DNA of 64,000 nucleotides from Bdellovibrio sp. (lineage in GTDB: Bacteria; Bdellovibrionota; Bdellovibrionia; Bdellovibrionales; Bdellovibrionaceae): the NCBI GenBank assembly GCA_036676395.1, contig JAKFCY010000002.1:1248001-1312000 (forward strand), in the 5' to 3' direction. Both the position numbers and the translations under genes were made by a program. Shown piece by piece: positions 11,399 to 21,739 of this stretch (its first letter is position 1; the number at the start of each line of letters is the position of its first letter). The notes beneath the pieces are model-generated. The model saw only the letters and a program-made list of their open reading frames with translations, ran no database searches and was not told where the DNA came from.

Positions 11399-11785
11399 AT
11401 GCAAAACTATCAACGAAGTTTTAAAGAAAGTTTAAGTGCCTATTTAGGATTATTTACTTCGGTAGGCACTTTACTTTGTTGCGCTCTTCCAGCTTTATTA
11501 GTGAGCCTAGGATTAGGCGCTTCGATGATTACTTTGACCAAGGCGATTCCCCAAATTACTTGGATCGGAGAACATAAAAACTACGTTTTTAGTTTTGCTT
11601 TTTTAATGTTAATAATAAGTTCTGTTTTAACTTATAAAAATCGCAACGCCCCTTGCCCCATAGATCCAAGACTTCGCGATGCCTGTCTTCGCGGACGTAA
11701 ATACTCAAAAAATGTTCTAATTTTAGGCTGGTTGTTATTGAGTGTGGGCTTTTTCTTTGCATATTTAGCTCAATTATTGACTTAA
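11399..11785 (+). CDS. MerT/MerC-like heavy-metal membrane transporter
   Basis: TM1 'TLLCCALP', cytoplasmic loop 'APCPIDPRLRDAC', three TM segments. Start is ATG 11399 or GTG 11369. Confidence 0.75.
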   Translation: MQNYQRSFKESLSAYLGLFTSVGTLLCCALPALLVSLGLGASMITLTKAIPQITWIGEHKNYVFSFAFLMLIISSVLTYKNRNAPCPIDPRLRDACLRGRKYSKNVLILGWLLLSVGFFFAYLAQLLT

Positions 11786-11835
11786 CCCATCGAAATTACT
11801 ACTTTTTGTGTATTACAAACAAGGAGTAAAACCAC

Positions 11836-13887
11836 ATGAATTCAACTTACTTGATGTCGCCAGTTATTGCCGGCGTTGTCGGTCTTGTGATTGCCGTTAT
11901 TCTGTATTTCAGAGTTAAAGCGCAACCATCAGGAAATGAAACAATGAACAGAATCGCAGGATACATTCGCGAAGGCGCGATGGCATTCTTAGTTCGCGAA
12001 TACAAAGTATTAGCGGTCTACTGTGTAGTTGTTGGCGCATTATTAATGTACGCTTTAGGAACTACAGCTGCCATTTGGTTTATCATTGGTGCTTTTTTAT
12101 CTTTATTAGCTGGTTTTGTTGGTATGAAAGCTGCGACTTTCGCAAACGTTCGTACAACTCAAGCGGCCGCTTCTTCTACAAAAGGTAATGCCTTACTTGT
12201 AGCTTTAGATGGCGGAGCAGTAATGGGTTTATCTGTTGCTGGTCTTGGATTAATCGGTTTAGGTCTTGTGTATTTCTTCTATCAAGCTGATCCACATATC
12301 GGAACAATCTTGCATTCATTCGCAGTGGGAGCTTCATCGATCGCCTTATTTGCACGTATCGGTGGTGGTATCTACACTAAAGCGGCTGACGTAGGTGCAG
12401 ATATCGCTGGTAAAGTTGTTGAAAATATTCCTGAAGATGATCCTCGTAATCCTGGTGTTATCGCTGATAACGTTGGTGATAATGTGGGTGACGTTGCGGG
12501 TATGGGCGCGGATATTTATGAATCAATGGTTGCAGCTATCGTTTCAGCAATGGCGATCGCATTAACTATCGAAGCTGTAGATCTTCCGAAACTTATGCTT
12601 GATGGTTCTGATTCACGTTTAATGTCTGTGGGTTTACCATTAGTATTATCTGCCATCGGTATGGTTATTTCTATTATCGTTATTTTCTTAGCCCGCGCTT
12701 TGAAAAATTCTAAACCAGCAACGGTATTACGTGCTGCTTTAATGTTACCTCCAGTTATTTTAACTGTTGTGTCTTACATTTTTATGCCGACATTAGGTGT
12801 TTCTCAAAACGTAACTTGGGCTTTAGCTGCGGGTGCGTTTGGTGGAGCATTAATCGGTTTAGTGACTGAGTACTACACAGCGATGAGACCGATTCGTTTA
12901 GTTGCTGAAGCTGCGCAAACGGGTGCTGGTACTGGTGTTATTCGCGGTTTAGCTGTGGGTATGGAATCAGTTGCAATCCCAACTTTAATCGTTGTGATCG
13001 CGGCTTACATTGCAGATCAATGTTTGGGTTTATACGGTATCGCTATGGCAGCCGTTGGTATGTTAGCAGGAACTGCAGTTGTTATGACTGTAGATGCTTA
13101 CGGCCCAATCGCTGATAATGCGGGTGGTATTTCTGAAATGTCAGGTCTTCCATCAAACGTTCGTGATATCACAGATGAATTAGATGCGGTTGGTAACACA
13201 ACAGCAGCTATCGGAAAAGGTTTTGCGATTGGTTCTGCGATTTTAACAGTTGTGGCGTTATTTTCTGCTTTCAATATGGAAGTGAATCACGTGCGCGTTG
13301 CTGCTGGAATGGCGAAAATGCAATTAGACTTAACTTCTTCTGGAGTATTAATCGGTATTCTTTTAGGTTCGATTCTTCCTTTCTTAGTTGGTGCGACAAC
13401 TATGACAGCAGTAGGTCGCGCAGCGGGTAAAATCGTTGTTGAGATCGCTCGTCAGTTCAAAGAAATTCCAGGTTTACGTGAAGGTAAAGCAGAACCACAA
13501 CCTGCAAAAATCGTTGATATCGCAACTTCGGCTGCGTTATGGGAAATGATTTTACCAGGTATGGTAGCCGTAGTTGCTCCGGTACTTTGCGGATTTATCT
13601 TAGGACCTCAAGCTTTAGCAGGAATGTTGGCTGGTGGTTTAGCAGTGGGTGCTTCGATGTCATTATTCATGGCTAACGCTGGTGGCGCTTGGGATAACGC
13701 TAAGAAATTTATCGAAAAAGGCGGACTTCCAGGTCACAAAAAAGGCTCTGACGCTCACAAAGCGGCCGTTGTTGGTGACACTGTTGGTGACCCGTTCAAA
13801 GATACTTCTGGTCCTGGTATCGCTATCTTGATCAAAGTAATGTCAGTTGTTTCTTTATTAATCGCGCAGTTAATTGCTTTAAAGTAA
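11836..13887 (+). CDS. hppA: Membrane-bound H+/Na+-translocating pyrophosphatase, K+-dependent type
   Basis: '[21 protein letters not shown]', 'IPEDDPRNP', '[12 protein letters not shown]', '[14 protein letters not shown]'; GNTTAA (Ala rather than Lys) is the K+-dependence signature. Confidence 0.95.
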   Translation: MNSTYLMSPVIAGVVGLVIAVILYFRVKAQPSGNETMNRIAGYIREGAMAFLVREYKVLAVYCVVVGALLMYALGTTAAIWFIIGAFLSLLAGFVGMKAATFANVRTTQAAASSTKGNALLVALDGGAVMGLSVAGLGLIGLGLVYFFYQADPHIGTILHSFAVGASSIALFARIGGGIYTKAADVGADIAGKVVENIPEDDPRNPGVIADNVGDNVGDVAGMGADIYESMVAAIVSAMAIALTIEAVDLPKLMLDGSDSRLMSVGLPLVLSAIGMVISIIVIFLARALKNSKPATVLRAALMLPPVILTVVSYIFMPTLGVSQNVTWALAAGAFGGALIGLVTEYYTAMRPIRLVAEAAQTGAGTGVIRGLAVGMESVAIPTLIVVIAAYIADQCLGLYGIAMAAVGMLAGTAVVMTVDAYGPIADNAGGISEMSGLPSNVRDITDELDAVGNTTAAIGKGFAIGSAILTVVALFSAFNMEVNHVRVAAGMAKMQLDLTSSGVLIGILLGSILPFLVGATTMTAVGRAAGKIVVEIARQFKEIPGLREGKAEPQPAKIVDIATSAALWEMILPGMVAVVAPVLCGFILGPQALAGMLAGGLAVGASMSLFMANAGGAWDNAKKFIEKGGLPGHKKGSDAHKAAVVGDTVGDPFKDTSGPGIAILIKVMSVVSLLIAQLIALK

Positions 13888-13937
13888 TTAGCTCTCAAAG
13901 AGCTAATCGCATTAAAATAATCGACGACTTAAATTCA

Positions 13938-14161
13938 GACTCGTACTTTGGGACTACAATGTAGTCTGAAAGTACGAATAAAAAAAGGGAGCCTATAAAG
14001 CTCCCTTTTTTTATTTGTTAGAATATAAAACATCGACTTATCTTTGGAATTTATAACGCGTTTTCGGCGCTCGGGGTTTGGGTTTACACTGTAAACCGAA
14101 ATACAGAGCGATTTTTAACACTCAGGGTTTTAGTCAACAATGTTGACTAAAACCCTGAGTG
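13938..14161. repeat. Cluster of three ~43-bp palindromes centred on ACA-N-TGT (REP-like)
   Basis: Copies at 13938-13980, 14068-14110 and 14119-14161; the last has perfect 21-bp arms. Confidence 0.8.
13981..14012. terminator. Bidirectional intrinsic terminator between hppA and the parvulin gene
   Basis: AAAAAA-GGGAGC-ctataaa-GCTCCC-TTTTTTT. Confidence 0.9.
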
Positions 14162-14176
14162 AATTAATTGCGTCAT

Positions 14177-14482
14177 TCAATACCGTTGAATTAAGTGATG
14201 GCCGAAGCGGGTACGGATGATTCCTGAAGTTTGCCCGGGCTTTAAAGCTTCTAAAGCTTCCATGAAATCTGCATCTACATTTTTCTTGCCGAAGAGATTA
14301 CCCAAATCGCCCCCCTGAGGAGCCGAGGGACATTGGCTGTATTTGCGGGCTAGGTCTTGAAAATCTTTGCCGTCTTTTAAGTGGCGGAGCACGTCGTCAG
14401 CGGTAACTCGGTCGGCAAGCAATATATGACGCGCGTTGAGTTTCTTATCGGATGATTGAGATTGTTTATCGGATGCTGACAT
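14177..14482 (-). CDS. ppiC: Parvulin-type peptidyl-prolyl cis-trans isomerase
   Basis: 'ARHILL', '[21 protein letters not shown]', 'RTRFGHHLI'; start at 14482 or 14500. Confidence 0.9.
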   Translation of the reverse strand: MSASDKQSQSSDKKLNARHILLADRVTADDVLRHLKDGKDFQDLARKYSQCPSAPQGGDLGNLFGKKNVDADFMEALEALKPGQTSGIIRTRFGHHLIQRY

Positions 14483-14569
14483 AATCACATGATATTGCAT
14501 AATAACTGTATAAACAACGTGTCTGCGACACGATATCGAAAAGATGTTATTTATTTAAGGGAGTTAAAT

Positions 14570-15052
14570 ATGGCTAAAAAAAGCACTATTCAAATCGGGA
14601 TTTCAGATAAAGATCGTAAACAAATTACGGATGGTCTTTCGGCTCTGTTAGCAGATAGTTATATGCTTTACATTAAAACGCATAACTTTCACTGGAATGT
14701 CGAAGGTCCGATGTTTAACACGCTTCATGTGATGTTTATGGATCAATACACTGAACTTTGGAATGCCTTAGACACGTTAGCTGAACGCATTAGATCTTTA
14801 GGCGAGTACGCTCCAGGATCTTACAAACAGTTCGCGGCTTTAACTTCAATTGAAGAATCAGATAAAGTGCCAAAAGCTGAAAAAATGATTTCTGAACTTA
14901 TTAAAGGTCATGAGGTCGTGATTCAAACGGCCCGTAAACTTTTACCGGTTTGTGCCGATGCCCATGATGAAGTGACGGCGGGGATTTTAACAGACCGTTT
15001 AGAGATTCATGAAAAAACATCATGGATGTTGCGCTCGCTACTAGCTAAATAG
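14570..15052 (+). CDS. dps: Dps DNA-protection ferritin-like protein
   Basis: '[18 protein letters not shown]', 'DTLAERIR', 'HEKTSWML'; AAGGGAG SD before ATG 14570. Confidence 0.95.
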   Translation: MAKKSTIQIGISDKDRKQITDGLSALLADSYMLYIKTHNFHWNVEGPMFNTLHVMFMDQYTELWNALDTLAERIRSLGEYAPGSYKQFAALTSIEESDKVPKAEKMISELIKGHEVVIQTARKLLPVCADAHDEVTAGILTDRLEIHEKTSWMLRSLLAK

Positions 15053-15087
15053 TATCATTAATTAACAACTCTTTTTTCACCGCTAGG

Positions 15088-16290
15088 ATGGCCGTGGACG
15101 ATTTAAAATTAATTACTGGAAAACTTTGGTTTAGTTACATTGAAGCCTTGCTTACAAGTTTAGTTGTGGGCTTTGCTGAAAGTTATTTTGCTGCTTTCTC
15201 ATTACACCTTGGTTGTACGCCGCTGCAATCAGGGTTGTTAGTTAGTCTTCCGTTAATCTTTGCTGCCATTTTACAATTCACACTGCAAACAAAAGCAAAA
15301 AGAGTAGGGCTTACTTATTTTGTAAAGCGCGCTCTGGTTATTCAATCGTTAGGATTACTTGGTCTTGGCTGTTTGTCTTTAGCTGAAGTGCCGAATCCGT
15401 TTTATTACCTGATGTTTTACTATTCTATTTATTGGTTAGGTCATTTCAGTATTCAGCCAGCCTGGAATCGTTGGATTTCTGATATTATTCCGGCAGATCA
15501 GGGGCAAAGTTATTTTTCGCTGCGCACGCGATTGTCACAAATTGGCATTATTGCGGGTCTTTTTGGGGGCGGGGCGATGCTGCATATGAACGCCCTAAAT
15601 ATTCCAGAACAATATTTGTTTTTTGGCTTATTCATGGCGTGTTTTGGTTTAAAGATTTCAATCGTGCAATTATTTAGAAAACATCCGCCGTATAATCTTC
15701 CGTTATTCTTAGATTTAAAACATTTTAGAAATTTATTTATCCAAAATATAGATTTTTTTAAGCGCTATGCGACTTTTAATATGTCGATTTTCATTTCTGC
15801 ACCCTTTGTATCGGCGTATTTATTATCGATTCGAAATGTCGGTTATTTAGATTTTATGTGGATTATGGCCTGTTTATTCGTGGGTAAAGTTTTGTCGACT
15901 TATTTGTTAAAACATTCAAGTCGCCAATATGATCCGCACCAAATGTTAATTTGGGGTGGAATGCTTGCGGCACCACTTCCGATGTTATGGCCTATCTGCA
16001 CGACTGTGCCATCGATGATGTTTTTACATTTCTTATCTGGAGTAGGTTGGGCTGGCTGGGAGATGGGCCTATCACTTTATTTTTTCTCGCGCATTCAAGG
16101 AGAGAAAAAAATCGAAGTGATCAGCCTTTATAATTATGTCGGCGTAGTCACGCAAGTCGTCGGCACAGTGCTTGGAGCTATTTTATTTAGAAACTTATTA
16201 AAAGAAAATTTTGATGCGCTCTTTGTCGTATCAGGGATTGTGCGCTTTTTAGCGGTGCTGGGTATGCGTAAGCCGCGACTTGTGGCGTAG
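15088..16290 (+). CDS. MFS transporter
   Basis: About 12 TM segments, 'PAWNRWISDIIP..GQSYFSLR' motif. Confidence 0.75.
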   Translation: MAVDDLKLITGKLWFSYIEALLTSLVVGFAESYFAAFSLHLGCTPLQSGLLVSLPLIFAAILQFTLQTKAKRVGLTYFVKRALVIQSLGLLGLGCLSLAEVPNPFYYLMFYYSIYWLGHFSIQPAWNRWISDIIPADQGQSYFSLRTRLSQIGIIAGLFGGGAMLHMNALNIPEQYLFFGLFMACFGLKISIVQLFRKHPPYNLPLFLDLKHFRNLFIQNIDFFKRYATFNMSIFISAPFVSAYLLSIRNVGYLDFMWIMACLFVGKVLSTYLLKHSSRQYDPHQMLIWGGMLAAPLPMLWPICTTVPSMMFLHFLSGVGWAGWEMGLSLYFFSRIQGEKKIEVISLYNYVGVVTQVVGTVLGAILFRNLLKENFDALFVVSGIVRFLAVLGMRKPRLVA

Positions 16291-16320
16291 CCGCAGGACT
16301 TAGAGTGGCGTAGCCGCAGG
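16266..16320. repeat. Tandem duplication spanning the MFS stop codon
   Basis: GTGGCGTAGCCGCAGG at 16282-16297 and 16305-16320, with a degenerate third copy just upstream. Confidence 0.85.
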
Positions 16321-16324
16321 GTTA

Positions 16325-17098
16325 TTAGGCGAAATTTTTAATAAATTTACGGTGCAGTTCTTTATCTTGGTATTTATCTTCAGCGGCTGCCAAATCTTCA
16401 TCTGAATAACCAGTTCTAATTCCTAAAATAGCGACGGTCGTGTCTTGCACAATAAAATCAACGCGCCAAGTGCGATAAGCTAAAACCCAGTAAGACTGTA
16501 CAAATTCAACACGTTTTTTTTCTGCGTTGGTTGGATCATACTCAAGCTGACGCGAAATAAATGATCGCAGCTGAGTCATGTCCGCATTTTGATACTCTAA
16601 ATAATCAATTTGTTCGCTCGCTAACGGAGAAAAAGAAAGACTCATTTTTGGTGCAAGTGAAGACTCTAACCATTCGATATGAGCATCTTCGGCTATGTCA
16701 GATTCTGGGTGATAAGGCTTAATATCTAAAATCGGGGTGTCGTTTAAAATATCATTTGGCCCGAGATGAATATTTAATCCATCGACTTTTTCTAATTTAA
16801 CTAATGACATGCCAATAGGGTTTGGACGATACGGAGCACGCGTTGCAAAGACGCCGATTTTTCTGTTCGATCTTGGAGTTTGCACTAGCGGTTTCCAGTT
16901 TTCGTTTTTATGAAAAGTATAGATAATCCAAAGATGACTGCAGCCTGATAAATCAGTCAGCGCTTGCTCAAAGTTTTGTCCTGAATTTAACATGATCACA
17001 GCCTCCGATGATAAACCATCGGGCTGACGAGAAGCTTGATAAGGCTCTATCTGATCTGATTTTAAAACTCCAATGGGATTGAAAGTAATTGGAGTCAT
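16325..17098 (-). CDS. trmO: tRNA m6t6A37 methyltransferase TrmO (TsaA)
   Basis: 'SHLWIIYTFH', 'GVFATRAPYRPNPIGMS', 'TPILDIKPY'. Confidence 0.92.
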   Translation of the reverse strand: MTPITFNPIGVLKSDQIEPYQASRQPDGLSSEAVIMLNSGQNFEQALTDLSGCSHLWIIYTFHKNENWKPLVQTPRSNRKIGVFATRAPYRPNPIGMSLVKLEKVDGLNIHLGPNDILNDTPILDIKPYHPESDIAEDAHIEWLESSLAPKMSLSFSPLASEQIDYLEYQNADMTQLRSFISRQLEYDPTNAEKKRVEFVQSYWVLAYRTWRVDFIVQDTTVAILGIRTGYSDEDLAAAEDKYQDKELHRKFIKNFA

Positions 17099-17103
17099 AT
17101 AGA

Positions 17104-17907
17104 TTAGACTTTGATTTGTTGTTCGTTAAATTGTTTACGCCACTCATAACCGGCAATCGCTGCGGCAACACCTGCGTTGAGTGAATTTTTAATTCCGAAT
17201 GTTGGAATTTTACGAACTTCGTGAGCCAGTTCTAACTGATCTTTATCTAAACCAAAACGCTCATTGCCAATTAAAAAAGCCGTAGGTTTATCGAAATTAA
17301 AATCAGCGGCAATATCAATGGCTTTACTAGAAGTTTCAAGGGCCACGATATAATAGCCTTCTTTGATTAAGTGATTAATGGTTTCAGTAAAACTTTTTTG
17401 TTCCCATTCAACGACGAAGGCTGCGCCCAAAGCTGCACGCTCAACTTGAGGTTGGTGCGGCGTCGGAGTGTAACCGGTCAGCCAAATTTTTTTCGCACCC
17501 AGTGTGTCTGCAGTTCTAAAAATCGAACCCACGTTGAAAGCTGAGCGCATGTTATCGACTATGAAATGCAAAGGAACACGAGGAGTAACTAAATGAGCAC
17601 GATCTGTGTTCATAATTAAAAATTCATCATCAGCCATACCTTTTTTAAGGTAACGCTCAAAAGGAACTGCAATCGTTGATAGATGACGTAAGGTCATCGT
17701 CGGCGTAATTGAATTTTTATATTTTGAAAGCTTCTGTAAAATAGGATCAGAAGATTTTTCAAGTTCTCCGATCATTATAATCAGTTCTTGTAAAAACATC
17801 TGGTCAAATTTGCCATCGCTTGATTCTTGTTCAATGCCGATAAAAAGTTTGTGAATTTCTTCAACTTTTTTCTTGTCGTTTTTTTGCTCGTTTGATTGAT
17901 CTGCCAT
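17104..17907 (-). CDS. SpoU/TrmH-family RNA methyltransferase with N-terminal extension
   Basis: 'DNMRSAFNVGSIFRTAD', 'IGNERFGL', 'KNSLNAGVA'. Confidence 0.9.
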   Translation of the reverse strand: MADQSNEQKNDKKKVEEIHKLFIGIEQESSDGKFDQMFLQELIIMIGELEKSSDPILQKLSKYKNSITPTMTLRHLSTIAVPFERYLKKGMADDEFLIMNTDRAHLVTPRVPLHFIVDNMRSAFNVGSIFRTADTLGAKKIWLTGYTPTPHQPQVERAALGAAFVVEWEQKSFTETINHLIKEGYYIVALETSSKAIDIAADFNFDKPTAFLIGNERFGLDKDQLELAHEVRKIPTFGIKNSLNAGVAAAIAGYEWRKQFNEQQIKV

Positions 17908-17908
17908 A

Positions 17909-19951
17909 TTACTTTACTTTTTGTCCGGTTTTAGCGCCGCTATCAGGTGATAACACGAATAAATCTGATCCACCTTCGCCAGCGCAAAGAACCATGCCTT
18001 CAGACATGCCGAATTTCATTTTGCGTGGTGCAAGGTTAGCGCAAATTAAAACGTGACGGCCGATCAGTTTTTCAGGCGCGTACGCAAGCTTAATGCCTGC
18101 GATAATTTGGCGGGTTTGGCCATTGTCGATTTCAACTTTAAGTTTTAATAATTTATCTGCGTCTGGAATACTTTCAGCTTCTAAGACTTTTGCCACACGC
18201 AGATCGACCTTATTAAAATCTTCGATACCGATAACACCAACTGGCGCTTCAGCTGCTGGAGTAGCGGCTGTTGCAGTTTTTTTCGGTTTTAACGCCTCGA
18301 TCGCCGCAAAGTGGGCTTTTTGCTCTTCGACCATCATTTTAACTTTATCTGCATCAACACGTGAAACCAAATGCACATAAGCATTGATTGGTTGGTTAGA
18401 TAAAACTTTAGCACTGTCAGCCCACTGGTATTCAGGCTCGTTTAAAAGCTGACTTACTTTGGTGGCTAACATTGGAAGAACTGGTTTTAAATAAATACTT
18501 AAAATTCTGAATGCATTTAGCGTCGTAGTTAAGACGCGTTTAACTTCTTCTTCGTCTGTTGACTTCCACGGAGCACGTTCGTCGAAGTACTTATTCACAG
18601 AATCTGCTAATTCACGAATCATTGTTGTCGCTTTTGCGAAATCACGCTCGTCATAGAATTTAGAGATCTGTGCTTGTTTGCTTTGTAATTCTTTTAAGAC
18701 TTCAGTGCTTGTGTCTAACGAATACAAGGCCGATCCGAATTTCTTATTTAACATCTGGGCGCCGCGCGAACCAAGGTTTACGATCTTACCCACAAGATCA
18801 GAATTCACACGCGATTGAAAATCGTCTAAATTGAGATCCATATCATCGACAGAACCATTAATTTTAGTGGCATAGTAATAACGTAAAAATTGCGGGTCTA
18901 AATGATTTAAATAAGTACGGGCATTGATGAAGGTGCCTTTAGACTTTGACATCTTTTCGCCATTCACCATCACATGACCATGAACATTCACAGCAGTCGG
19001 AGTTCTGAAATCAGCACCTGATAAAAGTGCTGGCCAAAATAGAGTGTGAAAATACACGATATCTTTTCCGATAAAGTGGTAACATTCAGCTTTTGAATCT
19101 TTACCCCAGAATTCTTCAAGGCTTCTGCCATTTTTTGTTAAATACTGTTCAGCCGCAGAGACATACCCCATCGGAGCATCCACCCAGACGTAAAAGTATT
19201 TGCCTGGCTCATTAGGAATTTGAAATCCAAAGTAGGGCTCATCACGCGAGATATCCCAGTCGCGCAGATCTTCTTTAAACCACTCCATCATTTTTTTAGA
19301 AATTTCTGGAACAGTGTGGTTTGGAAGCCATTTTTCTAATTCAGCTTTAAAATTATTTAATCTAAAGAAAATATGATCAGATTCTTTTTTTATCGGAGCT
19401 GTTCCGCAAATTGAACAGCCTGGGTTGATCAAATCACTCGGAGAATAAGTGGCAGCACACACATCACACGAATCACCGTACTGGCCAGGCGATTTACACT
19501 TAGGGCATGTGCCTTTAACAAAACGATCGGGTAAGAACATTTTATCGTGCGTGCAGAATAACTGTTCAATCGGTTTTTTATGGATGTGGCCTTTGGCTTT
19601 TAAACGTTCATAGAAAATTTCAGATAACTTTTTATTTTCTTCAGAGTGGGTTGACCCATAATGATCAAAGCCAATAGCGAAATCTTTAAAATCAGCAGTG
19701 TGATCTTTGAAACTTTGCGCGACGTAATCTTCAGGTTTAATACCCAATTCGCGCGCTTTGATCATGATCGGTGTGCCGTGTGTGTCATCGGCACATAAGA
19801 AAATACATTCATGCCCGCTCATCTTTTGAAAACGCGCATAAATATCGGCTTCAATGTGTTCTAACATATGGCCCAAGTGGATCGGCCCATTGGCGTAGGG
19901 TAGAGCACAGGTCATGATTATTTTTCGTTTTGGATTTTCTGTGTGTAGCAT
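17909..19951 (-). CDS. metG: Methionine--tRNA ligase with C-terminal tRNA-binding domain
   Basis: 'ALPYANGPIHLGH', zinc knuckles, 'KMSKS', C-terminal 'NLAPRKMKFGMSEGM'. Confidence 0.98.
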   Translation of the reverse strand: MLHTENPKRKIIMTCALPYANGPIHLGHMLEHIEADIYARFQKMSGHECIFLCADDTHGTPIMIKARELGIKPEDYVAQSFKDHTADFKDFAIGFDHYGSTHSEENKKLSEIFYERLKAKGHIHKKPIEQLFCTHDKMFLPDRFVKGTCPKCKSPGQYGDSCDVCAATYSPSDLINPGCSICGTAPIKKESDHIFFRLNNFKAELEKWLPNHTVPEISKKMMEWFKEDLRDWDISRDEPYFGFQIPNEPGKYFYVWVDAPMGYVSAAEQYLTKNGRSLEEFWGKDSKAECYHFIGKDIVYFHTLFWPALLSGADFRTPTAVNVHGHVMVNGEKMSKSKGTFINARTYLNHLDPQFLRYYYATKINGSVDDMDLNLDDFQSRVNSDLVGKIVNLGSRGAQMLNKKFGSALYSLDTSTEVLKELQSKQAQISKFYDERDFAKATTMIRELADSVNKYFDERAPWKSTDEEEVKRVLTTTLNAFRILSIYLKPVLPMLATKVSQLLNEPEYQWADSAKVLSNQPINAYVHLVSRVDADKVKMMVEEQKAHFAAIEALKPKKTATAATPAAEAPVGVIGIEDFNKVDLRVAKVLEAESIPDADKLLKLKVEIDNGQTRQIIAGIKLAYAPEKLIGRHVLICANLAPRKMKFGMSEGMVLCAGEGGSDLFVLSPDSGAKTGQKVK

Positions 19952-19952
19952 A

Positions 19953-20993
19953 TTAAACCTGCAGTTGAATTTTTTCTAATAGATCTGGATCTGATAAAAC
20001 CATTTCGCCACCTACTGCGATTGCAGTTAATGGGTTTTCGGCCACGCGCACCGGAATGCGAACTTCGGCTTCGATTTTATTTGCTAATTCTCTGATTAAG
20101 GCGCCACCGCCGGCAAGCGTGATTCCTGTTTCGATAACATCTGAAACTAATTCTGGCGGAGTTTTTTCTAAAGCATTAAGAATACCGTGAATAATTAATT
20201 GAATCGAATCAGATAGGGCATTGCCGATATCTTCTGAAGTGATTGTTTCAGTGCGCATAAAGCCTGAATCTAAATCACGCGCTTCGATTTCAAGTTTTTG
20301 AATATTCTTTTTTGGTAACGCTGTGCCAAGGCTAACTTTTAGAAATTCAGCTTGTTGATCGGTAACCACTAATTTTTTAGTGTCTTTTAAATAACGAATC
20401 ACATCTTCATCGAATTTGTGCCCGCCTAAACGAAGGGGTTCGCAATAAACGATATCAGCTAAAGCGATAACGGCGATCTCGGTTGATCCTCCGCCAATAT
20501 CAATCACCATGTGGCCACGCGCTTCGCGCACGTTAATGCCGGCACCAATTGCTGCGGCCATGGGTTCATCGATTAATAAAGTTTTTGAGGCTCCCGCAGA
20601 GCGACAGGCTTCAACGATGGCTTTTTTCTCAACTTCAGTCACGCCGTAAGGAAGTGAAACCACAACCTTTGGGCGTTGTTTGCCAGAAATTTTGATCGCC
20701 TTCATTAAAAAATGACGAAGCATCACGCGAGCGGCATCGAAATCGGCAATCACGCCGTCTTTAACTGGTTTGATGACCATGATGTGGCCGGGATTTTTTT
20801 TAAGAATTTCTAAGCCCTCAAGACCGATGCCTAAAATTTTTCTTTTTTTCGGATCAATGCTAGAAACCATAACTTGGCTTGGTTCATTTAAAACCATGCC
20901 TTTGTTCTGGATAGAGATCAGCGTATTCGCTGTTCCTAAGTCAACATAGATGTCTGCGCCTGCTGTAGTGGAACCAAATAGCCATTCTAACAT
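19953..20993 (-). CDS. mreB: MreB-family actin homologue (likely the second, non-mreBCD copy)
   Basis: 'DLGTANT', 'PVKDGVIADF', 'IDEPMAAAIGAG', 'DIGGGSTEIAVI', 'LAGGGAL'; no mreC/mreD; ATG 20993 follows the upstream stop. Confidence 0.92.
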   Translation of the reverse strand: MLEWLFGSTTAGADIYVDLGTANTLISIQNKGMVLNEPSQVMVSSIDPKKRKILGIGLEGLEILKKNPGHIMVIKPVKDGVIADFDAARVMLRHFLMKAIKISGKQRPKVVVSLPYGVTEVEKKAIVEACRSAGASKTLLIDEPMAAAIGAGINVREARGHMVIDIGGGSTEIAVIALADIVYCEPLRLGGHKFDEDVIRYLKDTKKLVVTDQQAEFLKVSLGTALPKKNIQKLEIEARDLDSGFMRTETITSEDIGNALSDSIQLIIHGILNALEKTPPELVSDVIETGITLAGGGALIRELANKIEAEVRIPVRVAENPLTAIAVGGEMVLSDPDLLEKIQLQV

Positions 20994-20994
20994 A

Positions 20995-21633
20995 CTAGTA
21001 CTTTTTATACCCAGTGTTGGCTTCAAATGGAAAACTGAAATACACAGATACACTTGAAAGCGCGTTGTCTAAATTTAAATTGAATTCGCCACCAATGTGT
21101 TTGTCTTCTTCTGGAAACCATTCAGCACCCACTGTAAATTGGGCGGCTGTGTAGGTTTTATGTTTACCAGAAAGCCAAGTGATCGGAAGAGCCGCGTACG
21201 GAATCATGTTGCCATAACGAGTGTCGGCTTTTTTTGAAAAGATCGGAGTTAACTGAACGCCTGTGTAGTTATGATCTTCATCGCGAACAAAAATGACTCC
21301 GGCGCGTCCACCCATTGCAGGTTGTTTATCAACATCTGGAAACGGAACCCATTTTACTGAAGCTTGTGTCCAGAAATCTGTTTCGCCGCCACCTGCAGTA
21401 ATTCGACCATCAAGATCATCATCAAGATGAGCATCAGCAAAAAATCCAGCATTAAAGCCGCCGCCATCAGAGACGATCAGCTGCGGAGCAACACCCAAGC
21501 GGTAGTAGTTCTCGGGTAAAATCTCGGCTGTCTCGTTAACGGTAAGAAATGCGTGGCTATAGCGTGAAAGCATAAAAGCTGTAGCAAAAATAGAAATGAT
21601 CTGGACCCATTTGAAGAATTTGTTTTTTGTCAT
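20995..21633 (-). CDS. Exported beta-strand-rich protein (putative outer-membrane protein)
   Basis: Signal peptide SHA-FL, amphipathic beta pattern. Confidence 0.55.
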   Translation of the reverse strand: MTKNKFFKWVQIISIFATAFMLSRYSHAFLTVNETAEILPENYYRLGVAPQLIVSDGGGFNAGFFADAHLDDDLDGRITAGGGETDFWTQASVKWVPFPDVDKQPAMGGRAGVIFVRDEDHNYTGVQLTPIFSKKADTRYGNMIPYAALPITWLSGKHKTYTAAQFTVGAEWFPEEDKHIGGEFNLNLDNALSSVSVYFSFPFEANTGYKKY

Positions 21634-21739
21634 AAATTCTATGGTAACCAGCAGGACTTTAGGTTGGCAAGCGTTACACTGCTGTTAACCCGCAAAGCTA
21701 CGCTTTGACAATGGTCAGAAAAAACGGTGACATGAACCA

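Noticed and set aside
10438..11785. Classical mer operon
   Set aside because: No merA or merR in the window, and regulation appears to be by an ECF sigma.
13938..14161. CRISPR array
   Set aside because: The repeats are non-identical long palindromes with irregular spacing, and there are no cas genes.
14483..14569. Fur/PerR/OxyR box upstream of dps
   Set aside because: Only weak AT-rich resemblance, with no convincing palindrome.
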